Counted from the whole stretch's first letter, positions 13,000 through 25,795 are shown. The stretch is DNA of 63,907 bases, filler included, from Octopus bimaculoides (GCF_001194135.2; 4 parts of 4 records of this genome joined end to end with filler, not necessarily neighbours in it); one strand, 5' to 3'. The notes: generated from the sequence alone by a model not told the origin. Numbers and translations are program-made.

Positions 13000-13470
13000 C
13001 CTCTCTTTTCCTCACTCTTCCTCCTTTACTCTCGTTGCTCACACGTGACCATCGGCCATGTTTCTTTTTCTAACTTGAGTTTCTTTCCTTTCGGTCAGCT
13101 GCAGAGACAAGATGCATTTTATCTGTCTCCTGTGAAAGCTTGTTTCTCCAGCGTTCGCCATCTCACCTCGTTATGGCTTATCAACTCTTACTGTTTGTTT
13201 TCACTGTCCTGTTTTTGTTACCAACTTTGACTCTCCCAAATCCCAAATTTTTATTAATTTGCTTTGCTGGAGTCATTATTTTGACGAAGGCGCATCTTGT
13301 TGTAATTGCCCGAAATGCGGAGTAGATAAAAAAGCCGACAACTGATGAAGGGTCGTTTTTTTATGTTACTTGTCTTGTTTTCTATTTGATTCTTTCGTTG
13401 TTCACAAAAAACTTTTCATTGTTCACAAAAAAGTTTTCGGATTTCGTATTACATATTGTTTACGTTCCAA
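13000..13470 (+). mobile_element. Probable PLE pseudo-LTR remnant with hammerhead-like motifs
   Basis: tTGACGA-aggcgca..tgccc-GAAA-tgcgga-GTA at 13281-13324, CTGATGA at 13342, and a further hairpin-plus-GAAAGCTT motif at 13099-13141. Confidence 0.4.
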
Positions 13471-13955
13471 AACATCCTGTACCCATATATGCACATGTAT
13501 ATACATATATATGTAAGTATGCACATCTTTGTAAGTATATATGCATATATATTAATTATGTTATTATATGATTGAACTTCGCGCATCCATTTCCAAGTAA
13601 GTTTATATGTATNNNNNNNNNNNNNNNNNNNNNNNNNNNNNNNNNNNNNNNNNNNNNNNNNNNNNNNNNNNNNNNNNNNNNNNNNNNNNNNNNNNNNNNN
13701 NNNNNNNNNNNNNNNNNNNNNNNNNNNNNNNNNNNNNNNNNNNNNNNNNNNNNNNNNNNNNNNNNNNNNNNNNNNNNNNNNNNNNATATATATATGAATG
13801 CATGCACATATACGATAGGATTCTTTCACCTTCCGTCTAGCAATTCTATTTACGAGGCTTTGGTCGATTTACGAGGCTAAAGTAGAAGACAGATGACCAA
13901 GTTGACAAGCACGGGAACACACACACACACACACATACACACACACACACATACA

Positions 13956-13992
<37 letters not shown>

Positions 13993-14889
13993 TCACATAT
14001 ATATGCATACATTCAGACACACGCACACACACTTAACTGATTATATTTGAGACACTGTTTAAGCTGGAACTTTAGAATAATTTACTCTTTTCAGAACAGA
14101 ATCGACCCACATTTTACCGGAAATTTAACCGTGGTTTACTCCTCAAATACCACCCAAGCCAGCTCTAATATGTCGGAAAATTTCAAGATTCTTTCTTATT
14201 TCTTAACCTTATTATGCATTATAGTGTTATGAAACTTTGTTTTCATTTTCTTTCACGTCATGGAGCTAAAAAATGCATGTTTATTACATACTTACTGTAA
14301 CGTATGCGATATAATATACACGAAACACTTTTTATACAGTCTTCGGCCAGAGTGAGGTGTTCATGACTACATAATAGTTTATGAACATGCGCGGACACAA
14401 GTAACCTCTCATTTGAATTTCAACTTAGCAAACATTACATGTCCGAATATAACTACAACTTCAGGATTTAACCGTAGTAAAGGCAAAACAATAACTCGGC
14501 TGTTTGTACTTTTCTTTTAGATTGTTTGAGCTTCGAGTAATAGGAAAATATGTAATGAGGAAAACATCAGACTAGTTGTACTTATAAAATGCTTAGGAAA
14601 ATATATGTACTATTATCAGTTTACTGATACCGTAGCAGGTTTATCATAAACTGCAATATTTTGTTACTTAATGCGATACACATTTTCCAATTATTTTCAG
14701 AGAATTCTATAAAGAAAATGCTCACAAAATATGCAAAGCTATTTTTACTGTCACAATACAATTCCTAATGACATTTGAACATCTAAGGTAAAAAATAAAA
14801 TATTTCTATTTTCAATATAGCTTCCAAAAAGGCTTTGAGAATCGTAGTCATTATTTTTCTCTTCTGTCTTACGTAAATATTTGTCCTCG

Positions 14890-15258
14890 AATCAGTTTTG
14901 GAACAATAACCGTACTCTTTAAAATTCACCATCAATCTCTTTTCCAGCAGTATCCAAATACGCTTTCTTTCCTGTTTCTCCTGATCATTATGATAAGGTG
15001 AAGCACATTGATATATGTTGAAGTTTCATAACATAAATGTCTTACAAAATACTTGCAAAAACGTAAATAATATGAATCAGTTATGGAACAATAAGCAAAT
15101 TCTGCAAAATTCACCATCAATCTCTTTTCTAGCAGTCCCAAATCCGCTTTCTTTCCTGTTTCTCCTGATTATTATGATATAGTGAAGCACAATGATATAT
15201 TTTGAAGTTTCGTAATAACATAAATGTCAAACAAAATGCTTGCAAAAAGGTAAATAAT
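14890..15258. repeat. Tandem duplication, period ~185 bp, two diverged copies
   Basis: aaaattcaccatcaatctcttttc..gctttctttcctgtttctcctgat..gtgaagcaca..cttgcaaaaa.gtaaataat occurs at ~14921-15070 and ~15107-15258. Confidence 0.9.
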
Positions 15259-16072
15259 TGAGGACGGATACAATTTCTTTATGCAAAAGAAACTTACATC
15301 TGTCATTTTTAATTTTCTAGTTACATAATTTGTAAAACAATATACGTCTACTTAACAGAAAGCAGAGATATTAGGAAGAGATATTTAGTCTTTAAACGTC
15401 TATATTCCATTTTATATTTAGTCTCAGTGGTAAAAGCGTAGAATGAAGAAAGGTAGGTAATATAACATCTCATAGATTTGTATACAGTACGACATTATAT
15501 CAATGTTTATATAATTACTAGATTTGGAGAAATACACCATTTTGTTACTTACAACGTATGAATCTTAATATTCTTTCAGTTTACAAAAGAAATTATTTTT
15601 TGTCTACTGACGTATATTTTGTAATAATATGCGTATGTAGAATAGAATGCTGTATCTTTTTGTGATTTAACCCTTTTCTCAAAGCCTGTTCGTATTTTTG
15701 TCATTGTTGCTGGAAAGAGAATTTCATGGCGAGAAATGCAAATATACTAAGTGCTAACTTTAATCTTGTTTTGGCTTTCTAAAGATAAATGTAGAGTATT
15801 TAAATGTTGGACTGCGAACTGCAATGAAAATACTCGTCATGCAGTGCATTAGGAAATCCATGGAAAAAATTGGTTGACAAACGATCGATAAAAATGGCAC
15901 TTAAAAGGCGATGTAGCAATTATTGGAGCCGCGATTTTGATACGAAATGTACATCGAAATTTTGACTAAGTCTATGTCTTGATCTTCGCTAATGGACTAA
16001 TGTCGCCTAAATCAATTTATGAATTACTAAAAATATCTGGGGAATGCTATGAATTCAAAATTTAGGTCCTTT

Positions 16073-16222
16073 GGTACAGGTGTGGCTGAGACGTGAGGTG
16101 TCTACTTCCCAACCACATAGAACAAGGTTCAGTCCCACTGCCTGGCAACTGTTAATACTATAGCTCGGAGTTGACCAAAGCCTTCTGAATGGATCTGGTA
16201 TAAAAAGAAAGCATGTCGCATA
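16073..16222 (+). mobile_element. SINE family B head
   Basis: tggctgagacgtgagg..ggttcagtcccactg..ctatagctcggagttgaccaaagcctt..tggatctggta. Confidence 0.7.
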
Positions 16223-16374
16223 TATATATATATANNNNNNNNNNNNNNNNNNNNNNNNNNNNNNNNNNNNNNNNNNNNNNNNNNNNNNNNNNNNNNNNNN
16301 NNNNNNNNNNNNNNNNNNNNNNNNNNNNNNNNNNNNNNNNNNNNNNNNNNNNNNNNNNNATATATATGGCTCTA

Positions 16375-16930
16375 GGATAGTTGCGTCCCGGACAAATGCA
16401 TACCAGACAATGCGTACCAGTTGCATCCCTAGACAATGGTGTCCCTAAACAAATCATCTCAGGACAGTTGTGTCCCTATATAAGTTTGAAATTTTATTTA
16501 GTATTTTTCAGGTGCATTTTTTGTTTATTATGAAAGCTGATTATAAATAAACTCATTTGATAACTTTAAACAAGAGAGTAGCTAATAATGAAACTTTTAA
16601 AAAGGAATATAATAAATAAAAGAGCTTATAATTAATAAGTATATTTTTGCTTAAAAAATGAAAACAGATTAACAATAGTAAAAAATATTTCAAGATTTAA
16701 AAATTATTGTAGTTTCACAAATGAATCAAAAAGTGTGAATGTTGTGAGTTATTCCTTTCAATAAAATTGTTGATTTCAGGAGTATACTTATCTAATGACG
16801 CCATGATTCTCTTAATTGCATCTTTTTGGCCGTACTAGAATTCCTCTTTGAAAGCCCCTTTTTTTCTTTATGGCATTAGCTTCCTCTTTTTCAGTGTCTC
16901 AATCAATTTCCAAATAGAGAGGTGCTGACA
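16375..16930 (-). mobile_element. Possible MULE-type DNA transposon remnant
   Basis: Short ggacaa/agacaa-type repeats at 16375-16470, and a minus-strand peptide HLSIWKLIETLKK/(fs)EEANAIKKK resembling the MULE C-terminal HPxIWxxIxxLKKE. Confidence 0.3.
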
Positions 16931-17479
16931 CGATACAGAATGTTGCAAAGCATTGTGCAATATTGCTAAGCTGTTACTAGATCTATGCAACCGATTTCTA
17001 ACCCTTTCTCAGACATTCCAAGACACGACTGAAAAAATTGGTTCCATCCGTATCCCTCTCCGGTCTCTTGCTTGACCAATGTATGCCATTTCAAAATAGA
17101 CAGTAAATTCTGAAGGCAAATCACAGCCAATAAAATCGTCGACAACGTAAATTAAAGGAAGATATGATAATGAGGAAACACATCTAATTTTCAAATTGAA
17201 TACTTCATCTTCTTATAATGTTGTCTTAATCCTAGGTCACAGATTTTCCTAAAAATAGACTTAGATAAATGAGAGAGACATGCGCTTATTGTTACTACTG
17301 GAAACATTTCTACAAAACATTTTTGACCTCCTATTTCAAATTCTGTCATCAATATTATGGCTTAAGTTGCTGTTTGAGTGTGAATAGATGAACATGTTTC
17401 CTTTGTCTTACCTGAAATAGGTAAAAAAAACTCTGGGAATACTAAATGTACCTTCTTGGATATGGATACAATATAACTG

Positions 17480-17960
17480 ATAATATATTGATGGATAGAC
17501 TTTAATTTCACGTTTTAGGATATAAAATATGTTATCCTGATATCCAGCTTAAGCCAGCGCATTATTTTAGTATTTTTCATTATTCTTGTACTTCGCTTTT
17601 ATATGTTCTCGTTATCAGATAATCCAATAAATGAATAAAAGTATTTCTAACGATAAGAGCAGTAATATGTTTAGGATGGTTTCCATATTTCATTATGTAC
17701 TCGAGGTTTTTATTGCGTTTGTATTATTTCTTGTATACTTCCAGATCTGGAAGAGTAATCTTACTATGTTATTTTTCTAAATTTACATTACTATATCCAT
17801 ATACAGTAAGCAGAGCGTCGTCCCTATATATTTCTCCCACCATTTCAAGAAATTCATTATTAATACATTTTGAATTAGAAATTCCCACTAAACCAGCTAC
17901 CCGAGTGGAGTCTATATTAAATCCAACTGATCTGGTCTTTCTAATTTCTAGCAGCTATTA
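17480..17960 (-). mobile_element. Highly degenerate PLE reverse transcriptase, YRDD type
   Basis: DSTRVAGLVGI...VGEIYRDDALL (YRDD at 17817-17828), followed downstream by NHPKHI and NNALA*AGY; these match the GSxDGAExCELVG..GLYRDDGL..HP..Y..AL..SGY pattern of some PLE clades. Confidence 0.6.
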
Positions 17961-18361
17961 TAATAGCTGCTTCTCTTATATAGAAACGTGAGGGTTTCAT
18001 TGCGTATGTTCATGTTTTATTAAATAAAATTGGGTTATTTGATTCATAGACATCTGAGGATTTAACCATGTCAACGGACGATTTTTCCTCAACAATATAG
18101 CTTTACATTCACTCGTGATCGATAAAAAAGTACCAGTTGAGCTATTACTCCCTCCTCTGAACCTGTTAGCTTCGAGGGTTTATTAATAAATATATATTTA
18201 CGCGTTAAATGAAGCTTAGAACAACTTGCATGAATAGATAGATGTTAATGTTTGATTAGACATCAATATTATCTACACACGAGCATTAGCACAAATAGAC
18301 AAACACGCACAGCCATACTCGCGAGCTCACACATTCTTTCATACATATAAATAAATAAATT

Positions 18362-18650
18362 TTAAACAGCGGCTGTGAGGTAAGAATCGTGCTTCACAAC
18401 CATATGGCTCCGAGTTCAGTTCCACTGCGTGGCTCCCTGGGCAAGTGTTTTCTACTATATAGACTCAGCTATGTGCGTGTGTGTATTTTTGGTGTGTTTA
18501 GGTCCCAGTGACCTTGCGGGAAAAGAAACCAATAGAATAAGTAGCAGGCTTACAAAGCATGAGTCCTGGGGTCCATTTCTTCGGCTAAAACACTTTAAGG
18601 CGGTGCTCCGGTATGGTCGCAGTCAAATTACTGATACAAAGAACAATAAA
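18362..18650 (+). mobile_element. SINE family B, near full length
   Basis: ggctgtgaggtaagaatc..gagttcagttccactgcgtggctccctgggcaagtg..aatagaataagtagcaggcttacaaag..ggcggtgctccggtatggtcgcagtc. Confidence 0.85.
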
Positions 18651-18723
18651 CTCAAAGCTGGAACATCTTTTCTATGCTACTGAAATGTGCAAACCATTTT
18701 CATAAATCAGGATTACATGCATA

Positions 18724-18764
<41 letters not shown>

Positions 18765-18967
18765 GAATATATATACACACACATACGCACATACACGCAC
18801 ACACGCACAGACATATATATGCGCTCAAATACATTTATGTGTGTACGTATATATGAACGTTTATATATAATTATATGTATATATTTATGCATACCCATGC
18901 ACAAATTTGCACATATACATATATATATATATATATATATACATAAGCACACACACACTTACACACA

Positions 18968-19005
<38 letters not shown>

Positions 19006-19724
19006 NNNNNNNNNNNNNNNNNNNNNNNNNNNNNNNNNNNNNNNNNNNNNNNNNNNNNNNNNNNNNNNNNNNNNNNNNNNNNNNNNNNNNNNNNNNNNNN
19101 NNNNNNNNNNNNNNNNNNNNNNNNNNNNNNNNNNNNNNNNNNNNNNNNNNNNNNNNNNNNNNNNNNNNNNNNNNNNNNNNNNNNNNNNNNNNNNNNNNNN
19201 NNNNNNNNNNNNNNNNNNNNNNNNNNNNNNNNNNNNNNNNNNNNNNNNNNNNNNNNNNNNNNNNNNNNNNNNNNNNNNNNNNNNNNNNNNNNNNNNNNNN
19301 NNNNNNNNNNNNNNNNNNNNNNNNNNNNNNNNNNNNNNNNNNNNNNNNNNNNNNNNNNNNNNNNNNNNNNNNNNNNNNNNNNNNNNNNNNNNNNNNNNNN
19401 NNNNNNNNNNNNNNNNNNNNNNNNNNNNNNNNNNNNNNNNNAATATACGTAAGGTGTAAAATTCTACTGGAAAAATATTAAGATAACAAAAAGAGTTGAA
19501 AGAAGATGGAGGTTATTTTTTTTAGGAAGCCATAGATTTCTTTGAAATGAACATCTTTTTATTAAACACTAAGCATAAAAGAACTCAGTAAACAATAACT
19601 CCGTGTTATGACAAATACAGAAAAATATGCAGCTATATATACATAATAATAGAGTGTGAATATATTCCCGAAAACATAAAGACACATAAATAAATACATC
19701 GTTTGGATACACACACTTATATAT

Positions 19725-19763
<39 letters not shown>

Positions 19764-20334
19764 ACACACAAACACACACACACATACACACACACACACA
19801 CACATATATAGATATATGCATGTATGTATATATAACGTGAGAGAGAGGGGGATACATAGATAGATACATATAGCTAGCTAGCTAGCTAGCTAGCTAGCTA
19901 GCTAGCTAGCTAGATAGATAGATAGATAGATGAAACATAATAAGATAAATCCACATATCTCTTTTTGTGTGTGTGTGTGTGTGTATATATACTTATACCT
20001 ACGCAGAACATGACACATAGAAACATGCACACACACACACGCGCGCGCGCGCAAACACATACATGCGCATACGAGAAGCAGACCATTTTCCAAATACATA
20101 TATAAACATAAAAAACACAGACAAGATACACACACTCAAGTGTAGAATAAGATCACATAGCTTAAAAAATATATCTAAACACATAAGCATATATATCATA
20201 GCCCAAAACACCTATGAAAGCACACATGAACTCATACAAAGCTTACACTGAGATTAGAATACGTACGTAAATGTGTTCAGGTTAAAAAGAGAAAATATAT
20301 AATGGCAGTAAAATACATAAATATATCAAAATTC

Positions 20335-20434
20335 NNNNNNNNNNNNNNNNNNNNNNNNNNNNNNNNNNNNNNNNNNNNTTAATTAATTAANNNNNNNNNN
20401 NNNNNNNNNNNNNNNNNNNNNNNNNNNNNNNNNN
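20335..20434. other. Artificial 100 bp assembly spacer 44N-TTAATTAATTAA-44N (also 51381-51480 and 56158-56257)
   Basis: Identical geometry three times; TTAATTAATTAA gives stop codons in all six frames. Confidence 0.95.
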
Positions 20435-20459
20435 TATATATATATATATATATATATAC

Positions 20460-21915
20460 ACGCCCCAACTACAAAGAATTGAAAGAGGTCATCGAGGAAT
20501 TCTGTAGAAAATTACGAGACAAATACAGCGATGACGAATCGTTAGACCGAAATAGAAGTAACTACACCCCTTCAAAAGGTAAGAACAAGACTCTTGACCA
20601 TTTCTGTGAATACGTCTAGAATTACCCATATCAACATATACACAAACAAAAGCACCAGGCAAACTTCAGCAAAAAAGAATAGGCTGAGCTGAACAAATTA
20701 AAAGATGATAAAACAATAACAAAGAGGTTTATAAAGGGAGTACAGTTGTCTTAATGGACACGGTATACTATAGTACTATCCATATTAGAAAACACAACAT
20801 ATTATGAAAAGGTCCAACACTACAGTCAGCAGAAAATAATGAGAAACCTAAAATCCATGTCTAACCTAAACAGAGAAGGGCTCATCGACAAGGAATACGA
20901 TTATATGACCAACTTCAAAAGTAAATCCAGTCAATTCTAAGGTATTTCTAAGATACACAAAAGTGAGAAAATAAGTAACACATGTAGAATAGCCACAGAC
21001 ATAATAATCAAGGTTCCTATTCCTAATGACCTCAAACTAAGACGTATGATAGCAGGTCCCGCATGCGAAACATACCGCCTCAGTAACTTGTTAGATTCCC
21101 TCTTAAAACCATTCCTCAAGCCTATCAAAAGCTACATAAGGGACGACCTGAATATGCTCAATCACCTCCCTCAAACAATAGACAAAAACCCCCTACTAGT
21201 ATCCTTCGATGTAGTCAACCTCTATTCTCATATCCCCCACAGCCTAGGAATAGAGGCAATTCAATTCTGGCTAGAGAATTTTGCCAATGAACTCCCACAT
21301 CGCATGAAAAAAGAATTCGTAATAGAAGGGCTAAAATTCATCTTGGGGAATAACTACCTTGTCTTCAAAGACAACTTCTACCGACACAATCAGGGACAGC
21401 GATGGATACGGAAATTGCCCCCTCCTTTGCTAACCTAGTTATAGGATATCTAGAAATCAGTCTTTATCGTAAGGTACTAGAAAAATACGACAACCCATTC
21501 TCCTTCTACATAGAAAACAACTGCAAGAGGTATCTGAATGACTGTTTCATTCTTTGGCATGAAAGTATAGAGAGACTAAAAGAATTTCAAGCACTTATAA
21601 ATGGACTTGGCGTAAACATTCAATTCACGATGGAATATAGCCTTGAACAACTTCCTTTCCTCGACATCCTACTTAAGAAATCTAACAACAAAATAGAAAC
21701 AGATATATACTATAAGCTCACGGACTCCAAGCAATATCAACCATTCAACTCATGCCACCCTAAACACACTAAAATTAATATCCCTTTCAACCTAGCCAAA
21801 AAGATTTGTACTGAAATATTTTGAAAAACAATTCATTTAATTTTTCCACAATTCAATTGTTTTTCATACTTTACTCTCTAAGTTGAAAAAGCCGCAAAAA
21901 CTGAAACCGGTACTA
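20460..21915 (+). mobile_element. Penelope-like retroelement (Neptune/Poseidon-like) RT region, pseudogenised
   Basis: DKG-like KEVYKGSTVVLMD; LRRMIAGPACETYRLSNLLDSLLKP; LVSFDVVNLYSHIP; (fs) GTAMDTEIAPSFANL; RYLND (YxDD degraded); LPFLDILL; YYKLTDSKQY..SCHPKHTKINIP. Stops and frameshifts are present, and the 5' end abuts an assembly join. Confidence 0.92.
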
Positions 21916-22942
21916 AAATGTTCTTCATGATAAAATTATTTTAGCATTTTCTACCTTGTCTTATTTTCCTTATATATATATATGTCCTTTCTTTTTATAT
22001 AACGGCGGAGTGCGACTTGAGAGATTTGACTTCTATTTCTTACAGACCGGGCGACCACGAAGAGGTTCCCTCGTGTGCTTGCATAAATACCGTAACACAC
22101 TATGGTAGTTCTAATCGACGACACTCCCTTCCTACACATCCGTGGCCCTATTCCAGAGTCAGAAATCAATAACAAGCATTTCTCGACATACGACTTATTC
22201 AACTAACGACCACCCACAGGTNNNNNNNNNNNNNNNNNNNNNNNNNNNNNNNNNNNNNNNNNNNNNNNNNNNNNNNNNNNNNNNNNNNNNNNNNNNNNNN
22301 NNNNNNNNNNNNNNNNNNNNNNNNNNNNNNNNNNNNNNNNNNNNNNNNNNNNNNNNNNNNNNNNNNNNNNNNNNNNNNNNNNNNNNNNNNNNNNNNNNNN
22401 NNNNNNNNNNNNNNNNNNNNNNNNNNNNNNNNNNNNNNNNNNNNNNNNNNNNNNNNNNNNNNNNNNNNNNNNNNNNNNNNNNNNNNNNNNNNNNNNNNNN
22501 NNNNNNNNNNNNNNNNNNNNNNNNNNNNNNNNNNNNNNNNNNNNNNNNNNNNNNNNNNNNNNNNNNNNNNNNNNNNNNNNNNNNNNNNNNNNNNNNNNNN
22601 NNNNNNNNNNNNNNNNNNNNNNNNNNNNNNNNNNNNNNNNNNNNNNNNNNNNNNNNNNNNNNNNNNNNNNNNNNNNNNNNNNNNNNNNNNNNNNNNNNNN
22701 NNNNNNNNNNNNNNNNNNNNNNNNNNNNNNNNNNNNNNNNNNNNNNNNNNNNNNNNNNNNNNNNNNNNNNNNNNNNNNNNNNNNNNNNNNNNNNNNNNNN
22801 NNNNNNNNNNNNNNNNNNNNNNNNNNNNNNNNNNNNNNNNNNNNNNNNNNNNNNNNNNNNNNNNNNNNNNNNNNNNNNNNNNNNNNNNNNNNNNNNNNNN
22901 NNNNNNNNNNNNNNNNNNNNNNNNNNNNNNNNNNNNNNNNNN

Positions 22943-22981
<39 letters not shown>

Positions 22982-23039
22982 TCAAAAAATATGCAGAAAA
23001 AAGGACAGGTGAAAGGACAGGTGAAAGGACAGCAAACAG

Positions 23040-23295
23040 GTACGGTTGTACGGTAAGAAGTTTGCTTTCCAGCCACATGGTTCTGGGTTAAAATCCCGGT
23101 TGGACCAAAGCCTTGTGAGTGGAATTGGTAGATTAAAACTGAAAGAAACCGCCAGCGCGTGTGTGTATTTGTATATGTTTGGGTGCATACACGTATGTCT
23201 TTGTATCCCCCACACCGCTTGCTAACCAGTGCTGATGTGTTCACGTCCTCGTAACTTGGCGAGGCCTATGGAGTAAGTAGCAGGCTGAAAATAAA
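23040..23295 (+). mobile_element. SINE family B, degenerate
   Basis: ggtaagaagtttgctttccagccacatggttctgggtt..ggaccaaagccttgtgagtgga..gtgttcacgtcctcgtaact. Confidence 0.75.
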
Positions 23296-23321
23296 ACGTA
23301 CCACAGTTTTTAGTTCATAGT

Positions 23322-23732
23322 TCGGCAGCGTTTTAGACGTAAGAGAGAATATTCTCAATGCGCCTGGTGTTAAAACACCTGAAATAAGTCATAGGCAAGC
23401 GAGACAACTCAGATCAGGTATCTTCCTGGAGCGACAGACTTCTATGTTTCGTTATTTTCAATGCCGCGTACTGAACAAAGCCCGCTGTAATGTATGTCAC
23501 CGACTATGACTATATGCTAAATAGACTAAGAACCATCTGCTGGCATGTCTCAAGTTTTCACGCCAGGGAAATTTTCAGATATGAATTACAAACAGCTCGG
23601 GCGTATAAAAAAATCGAAAACAAATATACAAAATGTGTGTGTGTGTTGTTATTTCGTGGGTAGGCTGCGTTTTAGGCATTTTTAACACCAAGCGCATTGA
23701 GAATATATTCTCCTACGACTAAACTGCAGCCG
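23322..23732. mobile_element. MITE-like element with ~70 bp imperfect TIRs
   Basis: gagaatattctcaatgcgcctggtgttaaaacacctgaaa (~23344) is the reverse complement of ttttaggcatttttaacaccaagcgcattgagaatatattctc (~23670-23712), and the match extends outward. Confidence 0.65.
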
Positions 23733-23844
23733 AGTCACGAACTTTCTGCCCCTCTATTTGCACGCCACTTTCCCTTTATTCACACATTCAATATACATCC
23801 AAATTCAAAATCGTACATATATGACATTACATATCAAACATATA

Positions 23845-24541
23845 GGATCTTGTTCAAAACGGGGGCACCAGTATTTTCTTAACGAAACACTTTGAAACTT
23901 GGGACACTGGTAGAATGTGTCATATAAAACATCTTTTTCTCTTAGTCTTCTTAACAAAAAAACGTACATCGCAAGTTATTTCATGTTAAAGTTGTCGTAT
24001 TTCTGTAATTTCAACCAATGACTGACGTCCATTCAGCCGAATACATTAAGTGCTGACTACGTAAACAAACGATTCTCAAACGATTCTGGCGGTGATAAAA
24101 TTATTATTTCCTTGTCAAAAAATGGCTGAAGCATATTGGCAGTAGGGTTAGGGTTAGGGTTAGGGTTAGGGTTAGGNNNNNNNNNNATACAGTTCAGGCA
24201 GATGTTAACGAAATAAACACGCGTGAAAGAAAATGAAAAAAGCAAATGTTGTACACATACAGTTCAGGCAGATGTTAACGAAATTATAAATGGAGATTAA
24301 ATACGCTTTACACCGCTTCAACTGCCAAAGGAGTAAGTGTAAACAGCTGAATACTTGTCAGTGATTGGTTGAAATTATGGAAATAAGACAATTTTTTACA
24401 TGAAATAAATTCGAATACAAAAATTTTTTTCTGTTCTATAACACAAAATAGATAAGTATACGAAGTTTGAAAGTCTTTCGGTACCAAAAACACTACATAA
24501 AACATTAATGAAAACTGGTGCCCCCGTTTTGAACAAGATCC
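23845..24541. mobile_element. MITE with perfect 28 bp terminal inverted repeats
   Basis: ggatcttgttcaaaacgggggcaccagt (23845-23872) and actggtgcccccgttttgaacaagatcc (24514-24541); inner imperfect IR aatttcaaccaatgactgac / gtcagtgattggttgaaatt; TA on the left flank. Confidence 0.9.
24143..24176 (+). repeat. Interstitial (TTAGGG)n telomere-type repeat running into a gap
   Basis: tagggttagggttagggttagggttagggttagg visible directly. Confidence 0.9.
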
Positions 24542-24569
24542 AACATATATAACACAGCACACGTGTCTA

Positions 24570-24780
24570 ATTTGGGCAGAAGGTCATGGTTTTTCAGGGG
24601 AAGAGATTCGTGAATATCATCTACAACAGTTTTTCATGGGTACATCATCACATCAACCACGTAAGAATAAAAAGGAAAGTTGATCTCGCCTGGATTTGAA
24701 CTCAAAATGTGCAGACCAGGATTACATACTTCAAAGCATTTTTTTACTGACGCTCTAACTATTGTGCTAACCCACGACTT
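24570..24780 (-). mobile_element. SINE family A, degenerate
   Basis: aaaggaaagttgatctcgcctggatttgaactcaaaatg..aagcatttttt..gacgctctaactattgtgctaac. Confidence 0.6.
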
Positions 24781-25690
24781 TGAAAACAATATTGCGAACA
24801 CATACTTCATTTTCTCACACACACACGCACACGCATACACGCACACACACACTCACGCACGCACGACGACACATGCAGACAGACACTACCACCACCACTA
24901 TCACCACCATCGCCGCTGCTGACGCCGTCACCACTTTCTCTGCCACCACCATCGCCTCCTTGACCACTATCGCCACGACTCTCACATACTCACGCGTATA
25001 CACTCACATACACACTTACTTCGCACGCACACCATTCGCACACCCGTTACCACCACTACCACCGCTGCTGTCGCTGCTGTCGCTGCTGTCGCTGCCACCA
25101 CCACCACCACCGCCGCCTTGACCACCATCGCCACGACCCTCACACACGTCGCCCACCCATACACGCACACCGTAACCACCACTACTACCACTACCACACA
25201 TTCACACAAACACAACTCTAGTGAAAAATGTAAAATCTAAAAATAAGACATTTCAGAGTTCAAACTAAATTCACGGACATTCCGCAAGAATATCGCTGTA
25301 ATACTTGGCTGAACAAGGAAAAGCTAAGTCATCCATGAGAGACGAATGGATATATCCAATGCATTCGTCTGATTAAACAATTTCACTATGCTCGCTCTTC
25401 ATCACGTTCCCGTGAATCTCTTTTCCCATAACATAGCAAAAAAAGAAAAAAAGTGGGGTTAGAAGAGATCACCGTCTCACCATCAGCCAGAACATGTATG
25501 CCAGTCCTGCTGAGCCCGAGCATCGCTTTTGTATGGGAGAAAGATTCGCTTCAAACATTTGCTGACAAATATAGTATCGTGGTTGACTTTTAGCTGAGGG
25601 GAACGGGACCAATGCTAACCGAACGACGACTCTGCTCTTCTAATTATGCTTTTTTCCACGGCTCATTTCCCCAACGTTCCACCTTGCTTG

Positions 25691-25795
<105 letters not shown>

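Noticed and set aside
14087-14232. Strong-looking acceptor tttactcttttcag| with a following open frame
   Set aside because: No convincing donor and no recognisable peptide.
17009-17110. Minus-strand acceptor ttgccttcag| with open frames
   Set aside because: No protein similarity recognised and the donor is weak; left unsupported.
20379-20390. Recurrent palindrome TTAATTAATTAA (also 51425 and 56202)
   Set aside because: Always centred in 44N+44N; an artificial six-frame-stop spacer, not biology. Adjacency across these joins is unverified.
21990-22220. IDDT and FLDIRL peptides suggesting another PLE RT
   Set aside because: Motif spacing is too short and a frameshift is needed; truncated by a gap.
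24187-24284. Direct repeat atacagttcaggcagatgttaacgaaat x2
   Set aside because: Starts right at a 10N gap edge; likely a contig-overlap artefact.
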